From contig MCFH01000035.1 of NCBI GenBank assembly GCA_002104945.1, positions 310,001 to 374,000 on the forward strand: a stretch of 64,000 nt of DNA, in the 5' to 3' direction. Position 1 is the stretch's first letter; every line of letters starts with the position of its first letter. Source of the stretch: Piromyces finnis finn. Taxonomy: Eukaryota > Fungi > Neocallimastigomycota. Made by a program: the position numbers and the translations under genes. Positions 27,601-43,761 of the stretch are shown here, piece after piece. Under the pieces are notes generated by a model. The model did no database searches and was not told where the DNA came from. It saw only the letters and a program-made list of their open reading frames with translations.

Positions 27601-29574
27601 TTTTACCAAAAAAAAATTTTAAATTTAATTTATATATATTAAGAGGTAAAACAAAAGAAAAATAAGATAACTCAATAATAAAATAAATGAATGAATGAAT
27701 ATATAAATAATAAATTATTATTATTTAATAAATAAATAAATAAATAAATAATGAATAAATAAATTTTTTATACTTCAATATTGATAAACAAATAATAAAA
27801 ATTAAGCAAAAGGTTAGATTACGAATATTCTCTAAATGTATCAATGTGAATGACAGTAAATACTAGCCTTATTTATATACTGTTATTAATAAACTCCATT
27901 CTATTAAATAGAAAATGAAAAATATAATATTATTATAATATTTATTAAGAAGTATTTTTTATTTCGACAGTAAATTATGCTTTTCACCATAACAATTATA
28001 CATTTTCTACTTGCTGGCCAAAAATAAAGTACTCTACCTACTTTTATTACTTTTTTGGTTTATTTTTATTAGCTTTTTTTTTATTTTATTATTTAAAAAA
28101 GTTTGATTTTAAGATTTATTAAATGTGGCTGATTTATTTAAAACGGCAAAAATTATATCAAAGAATTTTTGCTATTAAGGAATCAAGAAATTTGAAAAAA
28201 ATTCATTTTATAAAAAAAATAATACTAATTAATCATAGTTCATATTATTCTTTTTATTCTCTCTATAATGATATAAAGTAAATATGTTTGTTATACTAAT
28301 GTATTAGAATAAGGAATTAAAAAATTTAATATTATAAATATTCATTCTTTTGAATACTATTATATAATTCAAATAATTTAATACTATTATATAATTAAAT
28401 GTGAAAAGAGTTTTAAATACATATAAAAAGATTGTTAACTCTATATTAACTTAAAATTCTTATATAACTACAAACATTTCAAAAATATATTTGCTACTTT
28501 TGTTCCAAATTAGATTAAAAGATAAATTCTTTTACGAATATATTATATGTTTTATAAATGTCTTTGTTATTTTTATTTCAAAGTTGTAAAGTATTAAAAT
28601 ATATTAAAAGTTTAATAATAATATATTATATAATATAAATACCTTTTTTTTTTGTTTGAAAAAGTTAGATAATAAGTAGTGGATTAAAGAATATTTATTC
28701 CCAACACAACTACAAATATGAATTCTTATTTTTATTTTTGTATATATGCAGATATTATTTGAACATAACTATTATGATGTTTTGTTTTATTCATTTTAGT
28801 ATTCATTTGTCATAAATGATAAATGAATAGTAATTCTTTTGAATAAATATAAAGTAAAGATAATTTGAAAATAATAACAAACTTTCCTATTATTCATTAC
28901 TATTATATATATGGATATTATATGTGATAAGAGAATCGATTAGAAACAACTCATATGAAAGATGAATATTATAATTTATCAAATTATATATACTAAAGAG
29001 AAAAATATTAGTAATTCAAAATCAAAAATTAAATATCTCTATAATTATAGATATCGATATTAATACTTTTATTATTTTGGAAAGCAATTAGATTCATACT
29101 TTTATTTTTATTAATGTAATACTAATTTTTATACTATTTATTTTAATTATAATCTAGTTACTTAAAAAAGAAAGGTGTATTGTCCGGCCTCTTTCTATTC
29201 TCTCTATAATGATTTTTTCCCTCAAATTCACAATGTTGTATGGTTGTATGGTTTTATTATTAATTTTAATTTTACCATCCAACCAAAATTTCTTATAATT
29301 AGAAATATTAAATTTATATATATATATACTTTTAAAAGTATAATTTTAAAAAAATTTAATAAAAATTTTAAAAAATATATTAAAAAAAAAAAGTATTGCT
29401 TTAAATACTTTTAAATTTATCATCTTTTATTGTCAATTTTTTTTTTTTTTTTTAAAAAAAAAAAGAAATCTAAAAAGCATTATATCTATTATCAAATAAT
29501 AATAGCTCTTATTTAATATTATTTAATATAATATTACTTATTATCTTCGATTCAATAAATGAAAACAAGATAAA

Positions 29575-32339
<2,765 letters not shown>

Positions 32340-32499
32340 ATACTGCAAATAAAATATTCTTGGAAAGAGAAGCAATAAGGAAAATATATATAATAGCTTT
32401 CATCCACGTATATATTTATAGCATTAAGTATGATATATATTATATATATAATTTTTTTTTATTATTATTTTTTTTACCCTTATTTTTTATTCTTTAACT

Positions 32500-32502
<3 letters not shown>

Positions 32503-32592
<90 letters not shown>
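32503..32592. repeat. (ATT)n microsatellite between the convergent ZC3H3 and MPP6 genes
   Basis: Direct reading, ~30 units. Confidence 0.95.
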
Positions 32593-32594
<2 letters not shown>

Positions 32595-33303
32595 GCATTA
32601 TTTGAATTATTATAATTTTTTCCATAGCATTAATAGACTATACCATATTTTAATTATATAGAATTAAAATATAATTTACCCTGTTTAGCTTTCTATCTCA
32701 ATTTTCATTTTCAAAAATTAATACATTAATGTTTTAGTTTCTTTTTATTATAATTTTATTTTTCCTTTTTTTTTTTTTATTGTTTTTATTTCAATTTTAT
32801 TCCTTTATACTATGTAAATGGTTGAAATTCTTTATATTTTAAAGTGTATTATAATGTAATTATCTATAAAAATTCAGATTATTATAGAAAAAAGATAGAG
32901 TTTTAATGTCTTTTTTATAGCCATATGTAAAAAAAGGTAATGAGAAACAAATCAAAAAAACAAATCAAAAAAAAACAAATACAAAAAAAAAAAAAAAACG
33001 AAAAAAAAAAAAAATATATATATATATATATATAATTATAATAAAAAATATTAATAGTAAATAAAAAGTGATGATATTTCATGATTTTGTGTATTATAAA
33101 TAAATATATTTATATTATTTTTTTATTTTTTTTTTTTTTTTTTTTTTTTTGGTATTAATTTAAATATTAAATGATTCAAAAGATAGACTATAATGTTTGT
33201 TTAATATGTATATATATATGTATTTTCTATATGAATTCTAATAATATAATTTTGTAATAAAATGAAAAATACTATTATTGATTGATCTATATTAAAGGGT
33301 AAC

Positions 33304-33702
33304 TTATTCTGGTTTTATAAATTCTTTTGAAATATCTTTAGATTTTTTTGAATTTAACTTTTGTTTCTTATTAGAACTATCGTTATCTTTATCGTTGGTT
33401 AAAGAACGTTTTTCGGTTTTATTAGTTGGTAATACACCGATATCCTTTTTATAACGGTCAACCATTTCTTTGTCAGATACAGAATTCTTTTGTTCATTTT
33501 CTTCAATCTTTTTAATTTTTTGTTCTTTCATTTGTTCTTCAGCTAATTTCTTTTTATTATTTTTTTTAAAAAGAAAAAAACAATTTAATAATAATAAAAG
33601 GTCAGAAATATTGATACTATTAATACTACTACTAATAATAATAATACTAATAATAAAAGGGTAAAAATACTAATATTATACTATTATTACTACTACTACT
33701 AC

Positions 33703-33746
<44 letters not shown>

Positions 33747-34453
33747 GTGATAATGATAATAATAATAATAATAATTTATTGTAATATCAATCTTAAATAT
33801 ATATCTTTTTAATTTTTTTTTTTTTTTATTTTTAAAAAAAAAAACAGAATTATATATACTTCAATTGTATTGTTAAATTTTTGGTATGAACGTCTACCGA
33901 TATTTCCACCTTCTAAGAAATTCATAAATGAAGATTCACTTTCAATTTTTGTTTCACTATTACATATAATAAAATATAATAAAATAAATAACATTTATAT
34001 ATCTTCAATATTAATATTTGAAAATTGGTTATAATATTAAATTTAAATTTTATCCATATAAAAAAAATAATACTTTTCTGGAGTAATAGAATCAAAATCA
34101 ACAACCCAATGAGCTTCTGAAAGTGCACGCTGTTGTTCTTTTTCTTCTTCCTCTTTTTGTTGTTGTTCTCTGTTTCTTTGCATGAACTTTTATATATATT
34201 ATTATTTTTATTTTTCATTAATAAAAAAAAAAATTTAAATTTTTGGATTAAAATGAATTTCATTTTAGCATTCTTTAATTTTCTTGCTTTTTTCTAATTC
34301 TAATATATTACCGAAATTAAAAAATTTCAACAATACATAGAACAAACTTAAAGTAGATAATAAATTATGAAATAGATTTTCTTTTCATATTACCTTCATC
34401 TTTAGGATATTTCCTGAAAGTTCTTTAACATGTAATTGTCTATGTGAACTCAT
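33304..34453 (-). CDS. MPP6: M-phase phosphoprotein 6 (nuclear exosome cofactor MPP6); 4 exons
   Basis: Exons 34453-34394, 34186-34074, 33956-33860 and 33549-33304 splice in frame to MSSHRQLHVKELSGNILKMK|FMQR...ALSEAHWVVD...IGRRSYQKFNNTIE|KL...SVSDKEMVDRY...KEFIKPE*. This matches the MPP6 hallmarks LSxNLLxMKFMQR, EHW, GRxSFxxFN, DVSDEEM and the C-terminal FxKP. Only fragments appear in the ORF track. Confidence 0.9.
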
Positions 34454-35215
34454 TTTTTTACTTTTTTATATATATGTATTCTTTATTTTTTTTTTTTTAT
34501 ATATAGATTAAATTTATTATGAATTATAAATAGAGAAAGATAAATAAAATATAATGTTAATGTATCATACTTTAATAATATATATAAATATATATTTAAG
34601 AAAAAAATGAAAATGAAAATGAATTTCAAATTAAAATGATTTAGAAAATTTAATTTTTAATTTGAAATTACTTAAATTCATTTTATTTTATGTTTTTTTT
34701 TTTTTTTTTTAGGAATATTAATATTAATATTTCATGTATGTATAATGAAATAAAGTTTTAAAAACTATTTATACCCTTTGAATAAGTGATTTTAATTTAA
34801 TAAATAGATAGTTGAAGATTATAAATAGATGGATATATAATAATTCCTTAAAAATTAATATTAATAAAATTTCCAAAATAAAAAAAAAAAAAAATAAAAA
34901 AAAAAAATTAAAAGTTTTTAAAAAATTTTTAAATTTTTAATTACATTATTATATTAAAAATGTAGATACAAACTATATTTAATGTAAATGAAAAGTGGGC
35001 CTTCTTACTTATTGAAAACGGCAACGCCGTTAGACATTACTGTTTTATTCATAATACATTGTTTATTATTTTTTCAATAAATTATAGCATATTTAATATA
35101 TTCAATATTTAATGATATTAATAAGAATTAAAATTATATTGTTTTGTTTTATTATAACAATTATAATTAATGATTTTATTATTTATTAAATAAAAATATA
35201 TATATATAATATTAA

Positions 35216-35745
35216 AATGCTTAAATCCTTATTTTATGTGCTATTTATTATTTTTAATAGCAAATTGTACTGTTTTAGCAAATAAAGAATTATCAACATG
35301 GCATGGACATAACTACATCTATTAGTACTCCATTAGAATAGAATATGCATGACATAATTTTAACTTTAGTAATAAATATTTAGAAATTAATTGAATTTTT
35401 ATTATATTAAATTAATCTTTTTTTTTTAAACATTCTAAACTAGTAAACAATAATTCAACAGCTAAAATTCAAGATTCTATGTTAAGCATATTATATTTGA
35501 AATACGTCATAAAATAAAACTTAAAATTATTCTTTATCAATTATTAAAAGAAATTATTTTTGTGAAACTGTATATGTATATATCAATTTTGTAGTAAAGG
35601 ACAAGGATTTAAATACTTATTAGGTATATTGGTTCAAGGAGGAATTGCAAATGCGATAAAACTTACAAAAATTATTGCAGACAGGTGAAATTAGTGTAGT
35701 AGCTACATTAGGGTTTGTACCATTATGGGTATCATCATATACAGT
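35216..35745 (+). pseudogene. Possible decayed gene fragments (signal-peptide-like start, frameshifts and stops)
   Basis: ATG at 35216 gives MLKSLFYVLFIIF; a frameshift continues as LIANCTVLANKELSTW. A second island at ~35624-35743 reads ILVQGGIANAIKLTK, then frameshifts to LLQTGEISVVATLGFVPLWVSSYT. No intact spliced ORF could be built and no family was recognised. Confidence 0.2.
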
Positions 35746-35996
35746 ATATATAACATTGAAATTATTTTAAATTATTATTAAGTATAATTGATATAATTAA
35801 AGTTTATCAAAATAAAATAAAAATAGCAATTATTAAGTAATAATAATATTTATTTTTAAAATAATTTATGTAAATACATTTTTAAAAAATAATAATAATA
35901 AATATATTTTATTTCTTATTTTAAAACAGTTTATGTAAATAATTTAATATATATATTTTTCAAAAAAAAAAAATAATAATATAGTTTTTTTTTTAG

Positions 35997-36174
35997 ACTT
36001 CCATATATCCTCATTTAACCCCCTGAGTTATATATGGTATGTGATTGTACATTATTGTACATTGCCATATCATAACAACGTCGGCACAATCACCCTTCAA
36101 TGGTAGGGGTCAAACCAGAAGCCTTATGAATGCTAAGCGGGGTCTTAACAACCAGGTTAGAAACTGGAACGTCA
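35997..36174. other. Isolated ~42% GC island with several hairpins; candidate structured ncRNA or foreign/decayed DNA remnant
   Basis: Hand count of about 74 G+C in 178 nt against flanks that are almost all A/T. Stems CCATATAT/ATATATGG (36001-36037) and GTGATTGT/ACAATCAC (36041-36093). No known RNA family recognised. Confidence 0.3.
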
Positions 36175-38868
36175 ATAATATAGTAATAATTATATTTTAC
36201 TTATTTTAAAACAATTAATAAAAATAATTTAATATTATTTTAAAAAAATATATATCATTTTTAATTAAAAATTTGAAATAGATGATGACATAACAAAATG
36301 TTGAATGTAATTATTAATGATTTCATTCTTTCATCGATTAAACAAATTCATTTTATGAACTTATTAGTTGTGATGATTTCATTATCATTTTACAACAAAA
36401 ATAAACATATTATTTTTTTTCTGTAATTGAACTAATTCTTTAAACTTATTAATTATATTATATTATTCATATTTTGAAATTCTATTACATTAAATTAATA
36501 TTTTCTTATACTATTTTAAACGTGGATTACAAATTTTACTTTTCAAATTAATAATTTCTACAAGTTGTTTTCCAGTCAGTACTCGTACTAATATTTAATT
36601 ATTTATTTTAATTAATTAATTAATTAATCATATATATATTAAGATAATAAATCATTTTTTTAAGATAAATATTTGATATTATAGCAATAAAAATATTTTA
36701 ATTTAATAAAATGCTTGCTTTTTATTATTAAATAATTTGTTAAAAAATGTTTTGTTTTTTTTAAGGAAGGTAAAAATTCAATATTTTTATTTATTATTAT
36801 ATAATTATTATAAAATAAATGAAACAAAAATATTAAACGATAACATTATTGCTACGTTCTTTATATGTTCCTATTAAATATAAATCATATAAATAACAAA
36901 TTATTGTTGAAATATAAACATAAATTTTAAATGATTTATCATAATGAAAAGATAAAATAAATTGTATTAAATGTAATATAAATAAACCTATAATTATTGC
37001 TAAAATTAAAATTTTAATCTTGATATCAGTGAATTAAAACATTATACTTTGTTTAATTATGTATGTCTATATTATTAAATAATGAAATATTATGTATAAG
37101 TTTTAAAAACTTAAGAACTACTATGTATTACACTTTTGTGATTAAATATTTATTTAAAAATAAAAAGGGATTATCCACCTCAATTTTTAAAACTTTAACA
37201 TTAGAAAACTACATAATGTAATACATCTAGTTTTTATGTACATAAAATTTTGAATAACATTCTTCAAATGATAATAAATATTAATAATTATTACTAATCT
37301 GATAAAAATTATTGTATATTACCTACTGATTTGTATTACTATAATTAATATTCTTTATATTACATTGATAATACAATTACATAATTCTACATTAATAAAA
37401 GCATTTTAAACAAATGAACAAGAGGCTTTTTTAAATTTCCAATCATATTAAGGTTTTTTCGACTATATATTATGATTTGAACAATTATTAGATCATTGAA
37501 TTTTATTGGCTACTTAATATTTATATTATGACGTTTTAATACATTTTTATTGGTTATATAATATAAAAAGCATATATTAGCAATATATTTAATATTATAT
37601 TATTTAATATTATCAATATATATTTTTATGTATATTGAAAGTTGTAATATAAGAAATAGTACCTATATGGATCATATACTATAGAATATAATATAATATA
37701 TGATGCCTAATTAAATCAATTTAAATAATATATTAATTTATTAGAGTCAAATAATAACTTGATTTAAATTATTATCAAAAAGGAAGAAGAGAAAGTAAAA
37801 AAAAGATATCAAACTTTTTTGGTGAGGGTTAGGTTTAAATCTATTATCTTCAAGTATTCAACAAATGAAATTGTATTCAATAAAATAATTTATTATTTAA
37901 TCCAATTGATTTTATATATCCATGAATAGTATAGATTACAATATAATCAGTAGTAAATAATACAAAGGAATATTGTACGCTATTTAATTTTAATTAGTAG
38001 ATTTGATTCTATTTATTATTATTTTATTTTATTTTATTATTAATAATTAATATTATAAATCATTAAAATAAAATTAGTTTAAAATTTTTATTCTTTGTAA
38101 TCTTTTCAAAAAATTTATATTTCAATAATAAATTAATTAAAGGTAAGGATTATATATATTACAATATATTATAATATATTTACAATATATTTTATTGGGA
38201 ATACAAAAAATCATATACAAAAAAAAAAGTTTTTTTTTTTAAAATTTTTTATTTTTTCAAAGTTAAATAAAATAACTTAAAGAAAAATATAAATTTAATC
38301 AAAAATTAATATTGTATTTGGTAAGAATCGAGTAAAGAAAAATATAAATAAAGTCTATAAAGGAATAAATAAATGTATAATAAGATATTCAAAAGATAAT
38401 ATAAATTGAAGGTTATAAAATGAGATCGAAAATAAATATTTAAAATCAAAAAAAAAAAAAAAAAGAGTATTGGATCAAAAACAGTATAAATATTCAAAAG
38501 ATTATTACAAAATAATTCAAATAGTATTGAAGATATATTCAAATATAGAAAAACAGTAAAAAGTAATAAATATATCGCTAAACTCACAAATAAAAGTAAA
38601 CTTATAAAGTTATTTTTTGGAGATTATAAGAATTAACTACATTCTCTTAATAAGTTTAAACGCAGCAAAACAATTAAATGAGCAACATAATATATATGAT
38701 AAATAAAATATATATAAAAAATACAACTTTATTTTTAAAATATTCGAAAATAATGCAAAATAAATGAAGATAGTAGATGAAATAAGACCAATAAACAGTG
38801 TATTAATTATATATTTGTAAATATAATAATATAAAAATAAATAGATTTAATTTTGTAATAAAAGAAAA

Positions 38869-39723
38869 ATGGCTTTAAACGATTCTCAAGTTAAGGATGA
38901 AATGGAAAAGATGGTAAATATTATTTATAGAATAAAATAATAAAACTATAAATTTTTTGATTTCGAAAATATTCTAAATGAATATCATAAATGAAAACAG
39001 GTTTCTTTCATCAAACAAGAAGCCAACGAAAAGGCCCGTGAAATTAAGATCAAGGCCGATGAAGAATTCAACATTGAAAAGGCCAAGATTGTTCGTCAAG
39101 AAACCATCGCCATTGAAGCTTTATACCAAAAGAAGGCCAAGCAAGCTGAAATTCAAAAGAAGATGTAAGTGTTTTTTATATAATAAATATAATAAACTGT
39201 AATAAATAGTATGATACAAAGAATATTAAATCAACATATAACAATATAAAATAGTGCTGAATCCAACCGTAACAACAAGACCAGACTTCAAATTCTTCAA
39301 GCTCGTCAACAATACCTTAACAAGATCAACGAAGAAGCCCAAAGAGCTCTTGTTGACTTCGCCAACAACGATCCAAAGTACGCTGAAACTATTAAGAACA
39401 TTGTTTTACAATCTCTTTACCAATTAATGGAAGAAGATATTACCATTGTTTGCCGTGAAAAGGATCTTAACACTGTTAAGAAGGCCGTCGAAGAAGTTGC
39501 TCCAACTTACAAGGAAAAGACTGGTAAGACTGCTACTGTTAAGTACTCTCCAAACTACCTCCCAGCTGCTTCCGCTGGTGGTATTATTATGTCCGGTTTC
39601 AATGACCGTATTGTCATCAACAACACCTTAGAAAACAGACTTGAAATCGCTAGTGATGAATTATTACCAGCTATTAAGACTTTACTTTACGGTGCTTCTG
39701 AATCCAGAAAATTCTACAACTAG
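38869..39723 (+). CDS. VMA4: V-type H+-ATPase subunit E; 3 exons
   Basis: MALNDSQVKDEMEKM|VSFIKQEANEKAREIKIKADEEFNIEKAKIVRQE...; C-terminus SAGGIIMSGFNDRIVINNTLENRLEI...LLPAIKTLLYGASESRKFYN*. Confidence 0.96.
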
Positions 39724-40526
39724 ATTGTTTCTATTATTATTTAATACAATATAGTTTAACACTCCTTTTAAAAATTAAGAAGAATTAAAAATAATACAAT
39801 TTTAAATGGATACTCTATTAAATAAGGTTAATAATAATACAAACCTAAGCTAAAAAAACGAATAATATAAAAAACATAAACATAAAATAATATAAATCCC
39901 TCTAAAAAATAATTAATATAAAAAAATTAATAAAATAAAAATTAAAAAATACTATATTCCTTAATATTTTAAAAAAAGTTTAAGAAAAAAAGAGATTATG
40001 TAGAATGAAAAAATTATATATAAAATTGATATGTATTATTTTTTTATCTAATATAATATAATAATATTAAGTTATTCACATAGATTAATAAAATAAAAAA
40101 AATAATTAAAAATATATAACATTCTACAAGTATTTTTTTTTTTTAAAAATATTGCATTTAATAAAAAAAAAAAGAGGTTTATTTTTTTGTTAAAAAAAAT
40201 AATAAAACATATAAAATTAACCTAATAAAATTTAAAAAAAAAAAAAAAAGTAAGCATTATGGAATTTGAAAATAATAAATAAGAAAAGTTAAAGGAGAAA
40301 AAATGTTAAAAAAAAAAAGTATAGTATATCTTTTTAAAGGTATTGAAGTAAAAAGAATTTAATGAAAATTCATAAGATTAAATTGCTTTTATCTTTTTAA
40401 AAATTTATTTTATTTTGAATAAGAAGATAATTGATCAAGTATAAAGTTCTATTTGTCAAATTGAATAATGATAAAAGTTTGTTTATTAGTTTTTTGTATT
40501 GCTTTTGCTTTGTCGTTTTTAACTTT

Positions 40527-42371
40527 TTAAATAATAGAAAAATTATTTTCTAAATATTTAAGAAGTTTTTTCCCACGTTGAAATTCTGGAAAGATTTCCA
40601 TTGCTTTTTTACAATTCGTATAACTTTCTTGAAAGTTACCTTCATCCATATTTAAAATAGCTTTTTTTTTTTTTTTAATAGCATAATAAAAATATATATA
40701 TATATATATATAATCTTAAATATATGAAAAGAAACCAATATTATAAATATAAAATATATATATTACCAGTATTATAGTAAGGTTCATAAAGAAAATCTGC
40801 ACCTTTAGTGCTAACATTAAAATGTGTTCTTGCTGATTCTTTATTATCATGAGATAAAATTTCTAATACCTATTTTTTTTTTATTATTATTATTATTATA
40901 TTAATATAAAAAAAAGTATAATTAAAATAATGGAAATTTTAATATTGAACAAATATTTTAAATAATAATAACTTACACCTAAATTATTCCAAGCTTCATA
41001 ATGTGATGGATTAGAAGCTATAGCTAATTTTAAACATCTATAGGTTAATGATACATCACCAATATTATTAGCGACTTGAGATAAATTATACCTATAATTT
41101 TAATAATAAAAAAGAAAATTTATCTAGTGTTATTATTATTCATACTTTTTTTTTTTCGATTTTATTTTTATTTTAATATTAACTTTTTTTTCTAATTCAT
41201 CTTTACCATATATCACCCATAATGATATCATTTTCTGCTACTTGTAATGCTCTTTCGAAACAAACTAAACACATATCATATTGTTGAGAAAAGAAAGTAC
41301 AAAGACCTATATTATTCCATATTTCTGCATTATCATAAAAACCCATCTGAAGAAGTCGTTTATAATAACGTAATGCTACTTCTGGTTGATCTTTATAAAA
41401 TGAATTTGAAGCTAATGAAGCTAAGGCTTCTTTATTAGAATTATCAATATATAATACCTTGATGAAAATTAATAATAATAATGATAAATAAATAAATAAA
41501 TATAAATATATTGTTGATTTATTATAATTACATAAAATAAATATAGCATATATATAATATATATTATTATCTTTTTATTTATATTTTTATATTCCACTTA
41601 CTTTTCTAAAACATTCAATAGAATGTTCAAGATCACCTTCAGATTCATAAATTCTTGCCATAGCTAATAAAAGATCAATATTATTATTATGATTATCTAA
41701 TCCACGTTTAATACATTGAATTGCATCATTATTCTTTTGAAGTTTTAAAATGGCTTTAGATAAATATAGATAGGTGTTTTCGGTAGACTATAGGATTAAT
41801 ATATTATATAATAATAATAATAATAATTTAAAATTAAATATGTATAATATAAATAAAAGCATTATGATTAATTATATGACATTTCATGATATAAATGTTG
41901 TTAATCTTTACTTTTAACTTTAATGAACTTTCAAATTGCTTGATAGCATCTAAAAATAAACCAAGTTTATAATAGCATTTACCTAATTGAACTTTCCACC
42001 ACCAGTCTTTGTAACTTTATAAATAATGATAATTTATGAGGGGAAATTAATATCTTATAAAAATAATAAATAAAAAATAAAACATTTATAAAGAATCATA
42101 TAAAACTTCTTTTATATATCTATGCATAATAAAAGGCTCTAATTACTCATGTGAAACTGTTGCGTGTGCTGCCAATTCTAATGCCTTATGATATTTATTT
42201 TCAAAATAATATATATATAAAAACAATGCCTTTTTACGAAGCACAGTAATAAGAATATATATAATTAAAAGGATAAAGAGATCCATTATTATTATTTGTA
42301 TAAATAGTTTTATTTAAATATATACACTTAATATTCAAAAGTTTTCTTTATATATGTAATAGTTTATCAAA

Positions 42372-42406
<35 letters not shown>

Positions 42407-43761
42407 TATTTTTATATAAATATAATTGTTACCCTTGCAATTTTTTCACTTGATATTTTTTTTAAATCCAGCTTTTCAACATCAATTAATTGATTATTAC
42501 CACCATCTGTAAGTGACTCAGTACCTAATCGTACAAATCTAAATTATTAATAGTTTAAACAATATTTTATTAGAATAATACCATGCATGTCAATTTTTAT
42601 TATTATTATTAAAAAAATATATTCCATCTATGATATGGTATATATTTACCTTCCGGGTGTTGATATTGATTGTACTGTACTAAGTTCTATTCCAGTAGAG
42701 GTATTTCGTCTTGATTTTGAGCTATTGTATAGTTTTATTTTATATTTAATAATCATAAAATATAAATAATTATATATAATTAATGTATAAAATAAATTTG
42801 GTTATAATTAAATATACAAATATTTCAATGTATATATATTCTATATATGGTATTATTCATATTACAATGCCAAATCTTTATAATTTGCAACTCTAAAGAA
42901 ACCAGGTAAGAATTGACCCTTTGATGAAGCAGGCCTTATACTTTGATTATAACCTGGAGTTGAAGGTAATTTTGATGATGAAGGTCTTCCAGCAGATGAT
43001 GATGGAGTATGCGCTGTATGAGGAAGATGAGATGAAAGAGGTGTTCCTGAATGTAATCTCCCTCCTCCTGAACGTGGTACTGCTGTAGTTCCAGGTCTTT
43101 TGTTGTTGTTGTTGTTGTTGTTTTTAAATAAAATATGATAAAAATAGGTTGAATAAAAAAAAAATGATGATTCATATTAATATAATAATAAATGGTAAAA
43201 AAAAATTTTTGATATATGATATAAAATCAATAATAATTTAACAATAATCATTTTATTATTATAAACTTTTATTATATTATAATTATTATGCCTTATATTT
43301 ATTATTATTTAATTAACATAGAAAAAGTATATATATAAAATACTAATAAAAACAATTATAAACCTTGGAATATAATCAGTATTTAGTAATCTTTCGTCAA
43401 ATACAACATCATTTTCATTATATTCGGTATCATTAATATAACTCATTTCCGTTAAAACACGAATTTTCAAATACCATATAGTCTTATTTTTAATTATAAT
43501 GATATGCATTTCATTATAATTTAATTTTCATTTAAATATATATATATATATATAAAAATTCAATAGTTAATACTTCTTTTTTTGACCTTTTCCATTATTA
43601 ATTGATTTTTATCCATAAAAAAATTTATATAAATATAATACTTGATCTATAGGATTCTTTGCTAATAGTTCATCACATATAATTAAGCATTGTTCAAAAT
43701 TTTGTATTGAATAACAATACAATAATAAATATATTTTATTATCCAAACTCTCTATTTTCAT
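40527..43761 (-). CDS. BBS8: BBSome TPR subunit BBS8/TTC8; multi-exon
   Basis: Spliced exons give CDELLAKNPIDQ, WYLKIRVLTEMSYIND, PR|PGT, FVRLGTESL, YKDWWWKVQLGKCYYKLG, ALRYYKRLLQMG, WNNIGLC...QQYDMCLVCFERAL, SHYEAWNNLG and YEPYYN. All are BBS8 hallmarks. ATG 43761-43759, stop 40529-40527. Confidence 0.93.

Noticed and set aside
33922-34263. 113-aa minus-strand ORF
   Set aside because: Runs through MPP6 introns and overlaps exon 2 out of frame; the spliced MPP6 model explains the region.
35997-36174. Selenoprotein or readthrough reading of two in-frame TGA codons; SRP, RNase MRP, snRNA or snoRNA identity
   Set aside because: No recognisable selenoprotein sequence or SECIS. The GAAA hairpin lacks the SRP helix-8 pairing. 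No Sm site, CR-I motif or ordered C/D or H/ACA boxes.
37820-37840. Telomere-like GGGTTAGG
   Set aside because: A single partial unit, not an array.
42860-43100. Apparent frameshift in a BBS8 exon suggested by ORF 42936-43175
   Set aside because: Base-by-base reading shows the exon is in frame (RPGTTAVPRSGGGRLHSGTP...); the listed ORF is another frame.
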